Assembly (NCBI GenBank): GCA_965227515.1
Contig: CBDDFZ010000001.1
Coordinates: 2,496,001 to 2,560,000 of the forward strand
Source: Alphaproteobacteria bacterium
GTDB lineage: Bacteria > Pseudomonadota > Alphaproteobacteria > CALKHQ01
DNA: 64,000 nucleotides
Direction: 5' to 3'
Positions within the stretch are counted from its first letter, which is position 1. Each line of letters begins with the position of its first letter. A program made the position numbers and the translations under genes. The notes under the pieces were generated by a model that ran no database searches, was not told the DNA's origin, and saw only the letters and a list, made by a program, of their open reading frames with translations. This document shows, piece after piece, positions 1 to 10,843 of this stretch.

Positions 1-1133
<1,133 letters not shown>

Positions 1134-1140
1134 CGCGCGC

Positions 1141-3867
1141 TCAGCCGGCAGAGGCGGATGTGTCGCCGCTGTCCTTGCTCTTGGCCTTGCTGGTGCCCTT
1201 GGCCTTGCTGGACTTTGCCTTGCCCGACTTGGCCTTTGTCGTCGCCTTCTTGGCGGCTGGTTTCTTCGCGGCTGCTTTCTTTGGGGCCGCCTTCTTGGCC
1301 CCCGACTTGGCCTTGCCATTGCCGGTCTTCGCGGCCTTGGCGTCGACCAGCGCGACCGCCTCTTCCAGCGTGTAGCCGTCGGTCTCGGTGCCCTTGGGCA
1401 GCGAGGCGTTGATCTTGCCCCATTTCACGTAGGGGCCGTAGCGGCCCTTGTGCAATGTGAGCTCGCCGCCGGAGGGGTGCTCGCCCAGCTTGGCCAGCAC
1501 ACCGCGCGCACCGCCGCTGCTCGCCTTCTCCGCGATCAGGGAGACGGCACGGTTGAGGCCGATCTCCAGCACGTCTTCCAGCGACGGCAGCGAGACATAG
1601 ACGCCGTTGTGGCGCAGATAGGGGCCATACCGGCCGAGGCCGGCCTGGATCGGCTCGCCCGATTCCGGGTGGGCGCCCACCTCGCGCGGCAGCGACAGCA
1701 GCTTCAGCGCCAGCGGCAGGTCGACATCGCCCGGCACCAGGCCCTTGGGGAGCGAGACGCGCTGCGGTTTCTCGCCGTTCTCGCTGCTGCCGGCCTGGAC
1801 GTAGTGGCCGTAGGGGCCCTTGCGCACGCTGACCGGCAGATCCGTGTCGGGGTGCGTGCCCAGCTCGCGCGGGCCGTCGTCGGCCTGGGCCGCCGCCTCG
1901 GCATCGTCCTTCGGCACCGCCAGCGGGCGGGTATGCCGGCATTCCGGGTAGTTCGAGCAGCCGATGAAGGCGCCGTGGCGGCCAAGCCGCAGCCCCAGGC
2001 GTCCATCGCCGCAGGCTGGGCAGACGCGCGGGTCGGTGCCGTCTTCCCGCGCCGGGAAGAAGTGCGGGCCAAGCTCCTCGTCCAGCGCGTCGATGACCTG
2101 GCTGATGGTCAGGTCCTTGGTCTGGTCGACCGCCGCGATGAACGCTTTCCAGAAGTCGCGCAGCACCGCGCGCCAGTCGATCCGCCCGCCGGAAATGTCG
2201 TCGAGCTGGTTCTCCAGGTCGGCGGTGAAGTTGTATTCGACATAGCGCCCGAAGAAGCCGGACAGGAACGCGGTGACCAGACGGCCACGGTCCCCCGGCA
2301 CGAACCGGCGCTTGTCCAGCGACACGTACTCGCGATCCTGCAGCACCTGAATGATGGAGGCGTAGGTGGAGGGGCGGCCGATGCCCAGCTCTTCCATCTT
2401 CTTGACCAGGCTCGCCTCGGTGTAGCGCGGCGGCGGCTGGGTGAAGTGCTGGTCGGCGGCAACGTCTCCAACCTTGTTCTCGTCGCGCTCCTTCAATGCC
2501 GGCAGCGGACGGTCCTGGTCGTTGTCCTGCGCCTCGGGCGCCGCAGCGGCCCCCGCCTTCTCGTCCGGATCGTCGCGATCCTCGCGGTAGACCTTCATGA
2601 AGCCGGGGAAGGCGACGACGCTGCCGGTGGCGCGCAGCCCGATGTCGCCGGCGGGCGAGGTCAGGTCCACGGTCATGCGGTCCATCTCGGCGCTGGCCAT
2701 CTCGCAGGCCACGGTGCGCTTCCAGATCAGCTCATAGAGCCGGCGCTGGTCGCCGTCGAGGTGGTGCTCCATGTCGGCCGGGCGCCGCGACACGTCCGTC
2801 GGGCGGATCGCCTCGTGCGCCTCTTGCGCATTCTTCGCCTTGGTCTTGTAGACGCGCGGCTGGTCCGGCAGGTAGTCGTCGCCATAGAGGTCGGCGATGG
2901 CGTTGCGGATCGACCCGATGGCATCGCGTGAGAGCGTCACACTGTCGGTCCGCATATATGTAATCAGACCAACGGTTTCCGAGCCGATATTAATGCCTTC
3001 ATAGAGCTTCTGGGCGACCTGCATGGTGCGGGTCGCGCTGAACCCGAGCTTGCGCGACGCCTCCTGCTGCAGGGTCGACGTCGTGAACGGCGGCTGCGGG
3101 TGGCGCTTGACCCGCTTGCGCTCGACCGCAGCGACGGTGAAGGTGCCGGCGGCGCGCACCCGGTCTGCGGCGGTGTTGGCGGTCTCCGCGTTGCCCAGCG
3201 CGAACTTGTCCAGCTTCTCGCCGTCCAGCACGCTCAGGCCGGCGACGAACTCCTCGCCGCTGGGCGCGGTCAGCTTGGCATCGACGGTCCAGTACTCGCG
3301 CGGCCGGAACGCCTCGATCTCCGCCTCGCGCTCGCAAATCAGCCTGAGCGCGACCGACTGCACCCGCCCGGCCGAGCGGCTGCCCGGCAGCTTGCGCCAC
3401 AGCACCGGCGACAGGGTGAAGCCGACCAGATAGTCCAGCGCGCGGCGGGCCAGATAGGCGTCGATCAGCGACTGGTCGAGTTCGCGCGGATGCTCGATGG
3501 CATAGAGGACCGCCGATTTGGTGATCTCGTTGAAGGTGACGCGCGAGACCTGCACGCCCTTCAGCGCGCGCTTCTGCGACAGCACCTCCTGCACGTGCCA
3601 GGAGATCGCTTCGCCCTCGCGATCGGGGTCGGTGGCGAGGTAAAGGCGGTCCGCGCCCTTCAGCTCATCGATGATGATCTTGATGTTCTTGGCGCCGCGC
3701 GGGTCGACTTCCCAGTCCATGGCGAAATCGTCCGTCGGGCGCACCGACCCGTCCTTCGGCGGCAGGTCGCGGACGTGTCCGTAGGAGGCGACGACGCGAT
3801 AGTCGTCTCCCAGATACTTGTTGATTGTCTTCGCTTTCGCGGGGGATTCGACGACGACGACGTTCAT
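1141..3867 (-). CDS. topA: DNA topoisomerase I (type IA)
   Basis: VVVESPAKAK Toprim start, LATDPDREGE, SAGRVQS, catalytic LITYMRTDS, zinc ribbon, Lys/Ala-rich tail. Confidence 0.98.
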   Translation of the reverse strand: MNVVVVESPAKAKTINKYLGDDYRVVASYGHVRDLPPKDGSVRPTDDFAMDWEVDPRGAKNIKIIIDELKGADRLYLATDPDREGEAISWHVQEVLSQKRALKGVQVSRVTFNEITKSAVLYAIEHPRELDQSLIDAYLARRALDYLVGFTLSPVLWRKLPGSRSAGRVQSVALRLICEREAEIEAFRPREYWTVDAKLTAPSGEEFVAGLSVLDGEKLDKFALGNAETANTAADRVRAAGTFTVAAVERKRVKRHPQPPFTTSTLQQEASRKLGFSATRTMQVAQKLYEGINIGSETVGLITYMRTDSVTLSRDAIGSIRNAIADLYGDDYLPDQPRVYKTKAKNAQEAHEAIRPTDVSRRPADMEHHLDGDQRRLYELIWKRTVACEMASAEMDRMTVDLTSPAGDIGLRATGSVVAFPGFMKVYREDRDDPDEKAGAAAAPEAQDNDQDRPLPALKERDENKVGDVAADQHFTQPPPRYTEASLVKKMEELGIGRPSTYASIIQVLQDREYVSLDKRRFVPGDRGRLVTAFLSGFFGRYVEYNFTADLENQLDDISGGRIDWRAVLRDFWKAFIAAVDQTKDLTISQVIDALDEELGPHFFPAREDGTDPRVCPACGDGRLGLRLGRHGAFIGCSNYPECRHTRPLAVPKDDAEAAAQADDGPRELGTHPDTDLPVSVRKGPYGHYVQAGSSENGEKPQRVSLPKGLVPGDVDLPLALKLLSLPREVGAHPESGEPIQAGLGRYGPYLRHNGVYVSLPSLEDVLEIGLNRAVSLIAEKASSGGARGVLAKLGEHPSGGELTLHKGRYGPYVKWGKINASLPKGTETDGYTLEEAVALVDAKAAKTGNGKAKSGAKKAAPKKAAAKKPAAKKATTKAKSGKAKSSKAKGTSKAKSKDSGDTSASAG

Positions 3868-3906
3868 GCGTTCGAGCCTGGGGGCATGCGTGGTGTTGTC
3901 TTCTAA

Positions 3907-5049
3907 CTACACGAAATCATTGGGGTTTTCGATATCCGTGGCCAGCGCCACCATGTTGCCGGGGGTGCGGGCAACCTTGCCCGCCAGCTCCAGTTCCAGC
4001 AGCACGGCGTTGGCCTCGGAAGGCGTGACTTCGCATTCTCGGATCAGTTCGTCAACTGCCACCGGTGTCGGCGACAACAGGGAAACGATCCGATCGCGCA
4101 CCGGTTCCAAGCTATCGTCGGCTGGTATGTCGGCCAGCCCGTCGCCATATGGACCGTCCGCCGACGGCTGCAACGGGCGCGTCATCCGGGGCGCGAGCAC
4201 GTTCATGATATCGTCCACCGTTTCGGTCAGCACCGCACCTTCGCGGATCAAGTTGTTGGTACCGTGGCAGCGCGGGTCCAGCGGCGACCCGGGCACAGCG
4301 AATACCTCGCGACCCTGCTCGCCGGCCAGCCGGGCGGTGATCAGCGAGCCTGAGCGTTTGGCGGCCTCCACCACCACGGTGCCCAGCGACAGTCCCGATA
4401 TGATCCGGTTGCGGCGCGGAAAGTGGCGCGCCTGCGGCCGGGTGCCGAACGGCTGCTCGGCGACGATGCAGCCGCGCGCGGCGATGTCCTGCTGCAACGC
4501 CTGGTGCTCCGGCGGATAGACCACGTCCACGCCGCCAGCGACGACCGCGACGGTGCCGCGTTCCAGCGCGCCGGTGTGGGCGGCGGCATCGATGCCGCGG
4601 GCGAGTCCCGAAACCACCGTCATGTCCGCCTTGCCGAGCGCGTTGGCCAGCCCGCGCGCGAATTTCATGCCGATGGCCGATGCATTGCGGGCGCCGACCA
4701 TGCCGACGCAGGGCCGGTTGAGCAGGCCGGCATCGCCCAGCACCGAAATCACCGGCGGCGCGTCCTCGATGGCGGCGAGGGCCGGCGGATAGTCCGGCTC
4801 GCACATGGCAATCAGACGGCCGCCAACGGCTGTCAGGGCGGCAACTTCGCGCTCTGCATCCCGGCGGTCGACGACGCGGACCGGCTTGCCACGCCCGCCG
4901 CGCCGGCTGAGCCCCGGCAGCGCGTCGATGGCCGCCGCTGCGGTGCCGAACCGGCGCAGCAGCGCGTGAAACGTGATTGGCCCAACGTTCTCGGTGCGGA
5001 TCAGGCGCAGCCAGTCCAGCCGCTCGGCCGCGCCCAATGCGCGCGTCAT
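3907..5049 (-). CDS. dprA: DNA-processing protein DprA
   Basis: VGARNAS, VVSGLARGIDAAAH, FPRRNRIISGLS, VVEAAKRSGSLITA motifs. Confidence 0.97.
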   Translation of the reverse strand: MTRALGAAERLDWLRLIRTENVGPITFHALLRRFGTAAAAIDALPGLSRRGGRGKPVRVVDRRDAEREVAALTAVGGRLIAMCEPDYPPALAAIEDAPPVISVLGDAGLLNRPCVGMVGARNASAIGMKFARGLANALGKADMTVVSGLARGIDAAAHTGALERGTVAVVAGGVDVVYPPEHQALQQDIAARGCIVAEQPFGTRPQARHFPRRNRIISGLSLGTVVVEAAKRSGSLITARLAGEQGREVFAVPGSPLDPRCHGTNNLIREGAVLTETVDDIMNVLAPRMTRPLQPSADGPYGDGLADIPADDSLEPVRDRIVSLLSPTPVAVDELIRECEVTPSEANAVLLELELAGKVARTPGNMVALATDIENPNDFV

Positions 5050-5738
5050 GCGGCCTTCTTGCCGATGCGCGGCTCCTCGCCCTTGAACAGGCGGACGATG
5101 TTGGCGCGATGCTTGATCCAGATCAGGATGGCCAGCAGGATTCCCAAGGTCCTGAGCGGCTCAAAGAAGAAATGAAAATAGAATGGCACCAGCGCGAACG
5201 TGCCCAGCGCCGCGAATGACGAATACCGCGACGCCAGTGCCAGGATTGCCCAGCTCATCAGCGCGGCGACGCCGACCAACGGTTCCAGCGCCAGGCACAC
5301 TGCCAGCCCCGAGGCGACGCCCTTGCCGCCACGAAAGCCCAGCCAGACCGGGAACATATGGCCGAGCACTGCGGCAAGCCCGGTGACGCCGCTCGCGGCG
5401 ACTTGGAGCGAGCCGTCGAAGAACTCGAGCGGCATGCCATCCAGGACAGCCGCGTCGGGTGGCGGCGTGAAGATGTCGTAGAACGCGAACGCGACGACCA
5501 GCGTGGGCAGGGCGGCCTTGCACGCATCGAGCATCAGGGTGGCGGCGGCAATGTCCTTGCGGCCGGTGCGCAGCACGTTGGTGGCGCCGATGTTGCCGGA
5601 GCCAATCTTGCGGATGTCGCCCAGGCCGGCGACGCGGGTGAGAATCAAGCCGAACGGGATTGACCCCGACAGATAACCGAACGCGGCGCAGAACAGGATG
5701 GACGCCCATCCGATCTCAAAGGCGATGCTCGCAGGCAT
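5046..5738 (-). CDS. plsY: Glycerol-3-phosphate acyltransferase PlsY
   Basis: GYLSGSIPFG, GSGNIGATNVLR, GHMFPVWLGFRGGKGVA, KHRANIVRL. Start placed at ATG 5738. Confidence 0.95.
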   Translation of the reverse strand: MPASIAFEIGWASILFCAAFGYLSGSIPFGLILTRVAGLGDIRKIGSGNIGATNVLRTGRKDIAAATLMLDACKAALPTLVVAFAFYDIFTPPPDAAVLDGMPLEFFDGSLQVAASGVTGLAAVLGHMFPVWLGFRGGKGVASGLAVCLALEPLVGVAALMSWAILALASRYSSFAALGTFALVPFYFHFFFEPLRTLGILLAILIWIKHRANIVRLFKGEEPRIGKKAA

Positions 5739-5829
5739 GGTAGTCAGGTCGCTCCAAATGGGCTGCGTTGCCGGCAAGTAATCACATCTGCGCGCTGCAA
5801 TCGATACGGCATGTTGCCCTACTCAGGCT

Positions 5830-5907
5830 GTCATCCTCGGCCGAAGCGAAGCGGAGCGGCGCGTTGAACGCCCTCCGCGTCATGGCCGGGTCAAGCCCGC
5901 GCATGAC
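5830..5907. repeat. Degenerate GTCAT...ATGAC palindromic (REP-like) element, family A
   Basis: Ends in atggccgggtcaagcccgcgcatgac, matching the terminal hairpin of the other family A copies. Confidence 0.65.
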
Positions 5908-5920
5908 GGCGTTGAGGATT

Positions 5921-6397
5921 CTAGGCCGAGCCCTTCCCCAACCGATCCAGCGCCGACTGCAGGATGTAAGCGGCAGCGGCCTTGTCGACCAGTTCGCCAC
6001 GTCGCCGCCGGCTGAGATCGGCCTCGTCGGTCAGCATGCGCTCCACCGCCGCCGTCGACAGCCGCTCATCCCAGAACGCCAGCGGCAGGTCGCGGCGCTT
6101 GAGCAGATTGTGGGCGAACGCCTTGGTCGACTGGGCGCGCGGCCCGGTTGTGCCGTCCATGTTGAGCGGCAGGCCGAGCACGATGCCGTGCACGCCGTGT
6201 CGGTCGATCACCCCGAACAGGGCGTCCAGATCCGGCCCCAGCTTCTTGCCGCGACGGATGGTGTCCAGAGGGGTCGCGATGGTCCAGCGCGTGTCGCTCA
6301 GCGCCATGCCGATGGTGCGGGTGCCAAGGTCGAGCCCCAGCAGCCGGCCGTCGCGCGGGCGACCCTCCGACAGATCAGCCAGCTCGACAATCGCCAC
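5921..6397 (-). CDS. ruvX: RuvX/YqgF pre-16S rRNA nuclease
   Basis: LLGLDLGTRTIGMALSD, VLGLPLNMDG, FWDERLST, VDKAAAAYILQ. GTG start overlaps the upstream TAG. Confidence 0.95.
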   Translation of the reverse strand: MAIVELADLSEGRPRDGRLLGLDLGTRTIGMALSDTRWTIATPLDTIRRGKKLGPDLDALFGVIDRHGVHGIVLGLPLNMDGTTGPRAQSTKAFAHNLLKRRDLPLAFWDERLSTAAVERMLTDEADLSRRRRGELVDKAAAAYILQSALDRLGKGSA

Positions 6398-7239
6398 TAG
6401 CGTTCTTTCCGATACAGCACCATCGCGATCGGCGCGAAAATCGCGGTGATCACCGCCGGGCCGATCAGCGCCAAGCCGATGTCGGCCCAGTCGCCGGTGC
6501 CATGCACGATGCCACGGATCGCCGTGGTCATCAGCGCCACTGGGTTGACCGCGACGATGGCCTGCAGCCACTCCGGCATGGTGGCCGGGTCGATGTAGAC
6601 GTTGGACAGGAACACCACCGGCATCAGCACCAGCCAGCTGAGCGTCATGACGGTCGACGGCGTGCGCACGATCAGCCCGACGCAGGTAAACACCCAGCCG
6701 ATGCCGGTGGCGAACACCAGCAGCAGCAGGGTGGCCAGCACCAGGGCCATGTACCCGGCCTCCGGCGTGAAACCCAGGATCAGCCCCACCGCGATGACCA
6801 GCGCGGACGACACCGCATGGCGCATCAAATCGCCGCCGATGGCGCCGGCAATCGGCGACGGCGACCAGATCGGCATCGACTTGAAGCGGTCGAAGATGCC
6901 CTTGGAGATGTCGGTGTTCAGGGTGAAGCCGGTGTAGATGCAGGTGAACATCACCGTCTGCACCATGATTCCAGGCAGCAGGAACTGCAGGTAGGCATCG
7001 GTGGAGCCGGCCACCGCGCCGCCGAACAAGAAGGTGAACATGATGGTGAACATCACCGGCGTCACCACCATGTCGAACACCTGCTCCGGGCCGTGCTTGA
7101 TCTTCAGCCACGCCCGCCACGCGAAAGTGGCGACGTTGGCCAGCGCGCCGGGCGGTTGCGGCGCGCGGCGTTCGGCCAGCGCGGTGATCAGGTCGCGGTC
7201 CAGACTGGCATCGCCGCCATTGTCCACCTGCACGCTCAT
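6397..7239 (-). CDS. ABC-2 type exporter permease (DrrB-like)
   Basis: Multiple TM segments, [36 protein letters not shown]. Confidence 0.9.
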   Translation of the reverse strand: MSVQVDNGGDASLDRDLITALAERRAPQPPGALANVATFAWRAWLKIKHGPEQVFDMVVTPVMFTIMFTFLFGGAVAGSTDAYLQFLLPGIMVQTVMFTCIYTGFTLNTDISKGIFDRFKSMPIWSPSPIAGAIGGDLMRHAVSSALVIAVGLILGFTPEAGYMALVLATLLLLVFATGIGWVFTCVGLIVRTPSTVMTLSWLVLMPVVFLSNVYIDPATMPEWLQAIVAVNPVALMTTAIRGIVHGTGDWADIGLALIGPAVITAIFAPIAMVLYRKER

Positions 7240-8237
7240 TGCGCTGCCTCCTGCTGCTGCGGTGCCGGGTCGTCGGGCTTGCGCGCCTTGCCGGTCAGCG
7301 CGAAGAACACCTCGTCCAGGCTGGGCCGGCCGAGCGAGAAGTCGGTCACCTCCAGCCCCTCAGCCTGCAGGGCGGCCAGAGCCTCGGTCGCCTGGCGCGG
7401 CTCGGCGATCTGTGCCGCCAGCGCGTGGCGGTCGGTCTCCGCGCGCACCTGGCCGTCCAACCGCGCCGTCAGCAGCGCGATTGCGTCGTCGCGCCGGTCC
7501 GCGTCAGCGAGCCGGACGTGCAGCACGCTGGTGCCCAGCGAGGCTTTCAGCTCGGCGCTGGTCCCTTCCGCGATCACCGTGCCGTGGTCGATGACGGCGA
7601 TGCGGTCGGCAAGCTGGTCGGCCTCCTCCAGGTACTGGGTCGTCAGCAGCACCGTGGTGCCGCCGGCGACCAGCGCGCGGATGATTTCCCACACCTGGCC
7701 ACGGCTGCGCGGGTCGAGCCCGGTCGTCGGCTCGTCAAGGAACAGCAGTTCCGGCGTGGCGATGATGCTGGCGGCGATATCCAGCCTGCGCCGCATGCCG
7801 CCGGAATAGGTGCGCACCTGGCGCTTGGCGGCATCGTCCAGCCCGAATGCGCGCAACAGTTCGGCGGCGCGCGCTTTCGCTTGCGCGCGGCCGAAGCCGA
7901 GGAGGCGGGCCAGCAGCACCATGTTCTCGGTACCGGACAGGTCCTCGTCGACCGAGGCGAACTGGCCGGTCAGGCTGATCCGCCGCCGGACCTCGGCCGG
8001 GGCCTGCGCCACGTCGTGGCCCAGGACGCAGGCGGTGCCGCCGGTGGGCCGCAGCAGGGTGGCCAGCAGGCGCACCAGCGTGGTTTTGCCGGCGCCATTG
8101 GGGCCGAGCAGGCCGTAGATCGAGCCCTGGCGCACCGACAGGCTGACGCCGTCGACGGCATGGGTGTCGCCGAAGTGCTTGACCAGATCGACGGTCTCGA
8201 TCGCGAGCTGTATCTGAGAGGAAGACGATATCGACAT
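7236..8237 (-). CDS. ABC exporter ATP-binding subunit (DrrA-like)
   Basis: Walker [10 protein letters not shown], signature [32 protein letters not shown]. Confidence 0.93.
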   Translation of the reverse strand: MSISSSSQIQLAIETVDLVKHFGDTHAVDGVSLSVRQGSIYGLLGPNGAGKTTLVRLLATLLRPTGGTACVLGHDVAQAPAEVRRRISLTGQFASVDEDLSGTENMVLLARLLGFGRAQAKARAAELLRAFGLDDAAKRQVRTYSGGMRRRLDIAASIIATPELLFLDEPTTGLDPRSRGQVWEIIRALVAGGTTVLLTTQYLEEADQLADRIAVIDHGTVIAEGTSAELKASLGTSVLHVRLADADRRDDAIALLTARLDGQVRAETDRHALAAQIAEPRQATEALAALQAEGLEVTDFSLGRPSLDEVFFALTGKARKPDDPAPQQQEAAQ

Positions 8238-8512
8238 GAAAAACGCAAAGCGGCCTGCGCCACTCGATTGGGTCAAGGGGCGCGGCGGTTGAAAGAGATA
8301 GCGATGTAGGTTGGCCGGCGGCTGACGTTGCATAGCCCGCCCGGCCGCGTGCGTCGAGTGACAATCGACACACCCGGCGACACACGCCGATACTCTGCCG
8401 ACAACTCCTGCCACACGCGCCGCCATGCACGTTCGCCCGCTTGCAGCGAGGGCCGCGCGAGTGATAGTTTCCGGCCGCTTTTTCCACATCCGAGCCCGTC
8501 AGGAACATCGGC

Positions 8513-8800
8513 ATGGCCCTCGACACCGAAACCGTGCGCCGCGTCGCGCGGCTGGCGCGTATCCGCGTCAGCGACGACGAGATCGAAAGCCTCAGCACCG
8601 AGCTGCAGCACATCATGGGCTGGATCGACCAGCTCAATGAGGTCGACACCGCGAACGTCGAGCCGATGACCAGCGCGGTCGAGATGGGGCTGCGCTGGCG
8701 CGAGGACGGGGTGACCGACGGCGGCGCGGTCGACGATGTGCTGGCCAACGCGCCGGCCCGCTCCGACGCCTTCTATACTGTTCCGAAAGTGGTTGAATGA
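8513..8800 (+). CDS. gatC: Asp/Glu-tRNA amidotransferase subunit C
   Basis: [10 protein letters not shown]...YTVPKVVE; overlaps gatA start. Confidence 0.97.
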   Translation: MALDTETVRRVARLARIRVSDDEIESLSTELQHIMGWIDQLNEVDTANVEPMTSAVEMGLRWREDGVTDGGAVDDVLANAPARSDAFYTVPKVVE

Positions 8801-10293
8801 CGTCCGATATCACATTGACGCATATGACATTGGCGGAGGCGCGCGACAGCCTGCGACAGGGTGCGTTCACCGCTCGTGAGCTGTGCGAGGCGCACCTGCT
8901 GTCGGTGGACCAGCACGCCGGCCTCAACGCCATGATCACGGTCACCTCCGACCAGGCGCTCGACATGGCCGATGCCGCCGACCGCCAGTTGGCCGACCAT
9001 CGCGACGGCGGCGCGGCGCCGGGTGCGCTCGCCGGCATTCCGGTGGCGGTGAAGGATCTGTTCTGCACCGTCGGCGTGCCGACGACGGCGGGCAGCCACA
9101 TCCTGGACGGTTTCACCCCGACCTACGAGAGCACGGTGACGTCGAACCTGTGGGCGGCCGGTGCGGTGATGCTGGGCAAGACCAATCTGGACGAGTTCGC
9201 CATGGGCTCGTCGAACCTGACCAGCTACTACGGCCCGGCGGTCAACCCGTGGCGGGCGGCGGGCGATGACCGGCCCCGCGTCACCGGCGGCTCCTCCGGC
9301 GGCTCGGCGGCGGCGGTGGCGGCGCACATGGCGCTGGGGTCCATCGGCACCGATACCGGCGGGTCGATCCGCCAGCCGGCCTCGTTCTGTGGCGTGGTCG
9401 GCGTGAAGCCGAGCTACGGCCGCTGCTCGCGCTGGGGCGTGGTGGCGTTCGCCTCCTCGCTCGACCATCCGGGCCCGTTCGCCCGCACCGTGCGCGACGG
9501 CGCCATCATGCTGGGCGCGATGGCCGGCTTCGATCCCAAGGACTCGACCAGCGTCGACGTGGCGGTGCCGGACTACGAGGCGTCGCTCGGCGATGGCGTG
9601 CGCGGGCTGAAGATCGGCATCCCGAAGGAGTACCGCACGGACGACATGCCAACTGCCATCGAGGCGTTGTGGCAGGCCGGCGCCGACTGGCTGAAGGCGG
9701 CCGGCGCTGAGATCGTGGAGATCAGCCTGCCGCACACCAAATACGCGCTGCCGGCCTACTACATCATCGCTCCGGCGGAGGCGTCCTCGAACCTCGCCCG
9801 CTATGACGGGGTGCGCTATGGCCTGCGCTCCGAAGGCGCCGACCTGACCGAGATGTACGAGAACACCAGGGGCGACGGTTTCGGCGCGGAGGTCCGGCGG
9901 CGGGTGCTGATCGGCACCTACGTGCTCTCCGCCGGCTACTACGACGCCTACTACAACAAGGCGCGCCGTGTGCGGCAGCAGATCGCCGACGACTTCGCGG
10001 CCGCGTTCCGCGATGTCGACGCCATCCTGACGCCGACGACGCCGAATGCCGCCTTCCCGGTGGACGAGCCGATGACCGATCCGGTCGAGATGTACCTGAA
10101 CGACGTGTTCACGGTGCCGGCGGACCTGGCCGGCATTCCCGGCATCTCGGTGCCGAGTGGTCTGACCGACGACGGCCTGCCGCTGGGCCTGCAGGTGCTG
10201 GCGCCGGCGTTCGAGGAGACGACGGCGTTCCGGGTCGCCCAGGCGATCGAGGATGCGGCCGATTTCGCGGCCCTGCCGGGGGGAGATGCGTGA
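8797..10293 (+). CDS. gatA: Asp/Glu-tRNA amidotransferase subunit A
   Basis: Amidase signature [37 protein letters not shown]. Confidence 0.98.
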   Translation: MTSDITLTHMTLAEARDSLRQGAFTARELCEAHLLSVDQHAGLNAMITVTSDQALDMADAADRQLADHRDGGAAPGALAGIPVAVKDLFCTVGVPTTAGSHILDGFTPTYESTVTSNLWAAGAVMLGKTNLDEFAMGSSNLTSYYGPAVNPWRAAGDDRPRVTGGSSGGSAAAVAAHMALGSIGTDTGGSIRQPASFCGVVGVKPSYGRCSRWGVVAFASSLDHPGPFARTVRDGAIMLGAMAGFDPKDSTSVDVAVPDYEASLGDGVRGLKIGIPKEYRTDDMPTAIEALWQAGADWLKAAGAEIVEISLPHTKYALPAYYIIAPAEASSNLARYDGVRYGLRSEGADLTEMYENTRGDGFGAEVRRRVLIGTYVLSAGYYDAYYNKARRVRQQIADDFAAAFRDVDAILTPTTPNAAFPVDEPMTDPVEMYLNDVFTVPADLAGIPGISVPSGLTDDGLPLGLQVLAPAFEETTAFRVAQAIEDAADFAALPGGDA

Positions 10294-10309
10294 TGGCGCT
10301 GATTTGAGG
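10293..10309 (+). repeat. Left direct repeat of the island (decayed copy of the gatB 5' end)
   Basis: ATGGCGCTGATTTGAGG versus gatB start ATGGCGCTGATCCGAGG at 12367-12383 (15/17 identical). Its ATG overlaps the gatA TGA. Confidence 0.85.
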
Positions 10310-10314
10310 AAAAG

Positions 10315-10827
10315 TTAAGAAGCTGAAGCCGGCGGCAAATCCAATGCCTTCAACAACTTAAAAGCTTTCTCAAATCGTCCACCTTCAAGCTTAATGCCTT
10401 TACGCTGCTTTAGCTCCTTTTTCCAGTCCTCAACTTCTTCAACTTCGGATAGCCAATGCATCGTTGCAGCAAGTTCAAGGACCGTCGACGAGTTGTCCTC
10501 CAACTCCCTAACGGCCGACACTAACTTATCTTCCGATAGCAACCTGCTACCTTGAGCCACCGAAGCCTCAGATGGAGATTTATAGACTTCATAAGGCGCT
10601 CCATCGCTATGCCGATAGCGGACCTCCAAATTAAGTTCCCCCAGAGCGACATCAAACTCTACTTGATCGGCCAACTCCCTCGAAAACGGCCCATAATAGT
10701 GGTACGAGAAGGAAAAACCGCTATTCAGGCCAAGCTGATCTAACAGGTAAACGACCTTTTGAAGTCGGATCTTGCCAACCAATTCGCCTCCGTAGTCGCG
10801 AACAAAGTTCGAGATGTCGATGGGCAT
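10315..10827 (-). CDS. YwgA-like / Panacea (SocA, DUF4065)-related protein
   Basis: GKIRLQKVVYLL and FSYHYYGPFSRELA motifs, plus a LELAAT C-terminal motif; 16 bp downstream of the HD gene. Confidence 0.75.
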   Translation of the reverse strand: MPIDISNFVRDYGGELVGKIRLQKVVYLLDQLGLNSGFSFSYHYYGPFSRELADQVEFDVALGELNLEVRYRHSDGAPYEVYKSPSEASVAQGSRLLSEDKLVSAVRELEDNSSTVLELAATMHWLSEVEEVEDWKKELKQRKGIKLEGGRFEKAFKLLKALDLPPASAS

Positions 10828-10843
10828 GGCTTCACTCGCTCCT

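Noticed and set aside
5921-7120. 399-aa ORF suggesting an N-terminally extended or fused RuvX
   Set aside because: The extension is an alternative frame of the ABC permease; the RuvX domain begins at GTG 6397.
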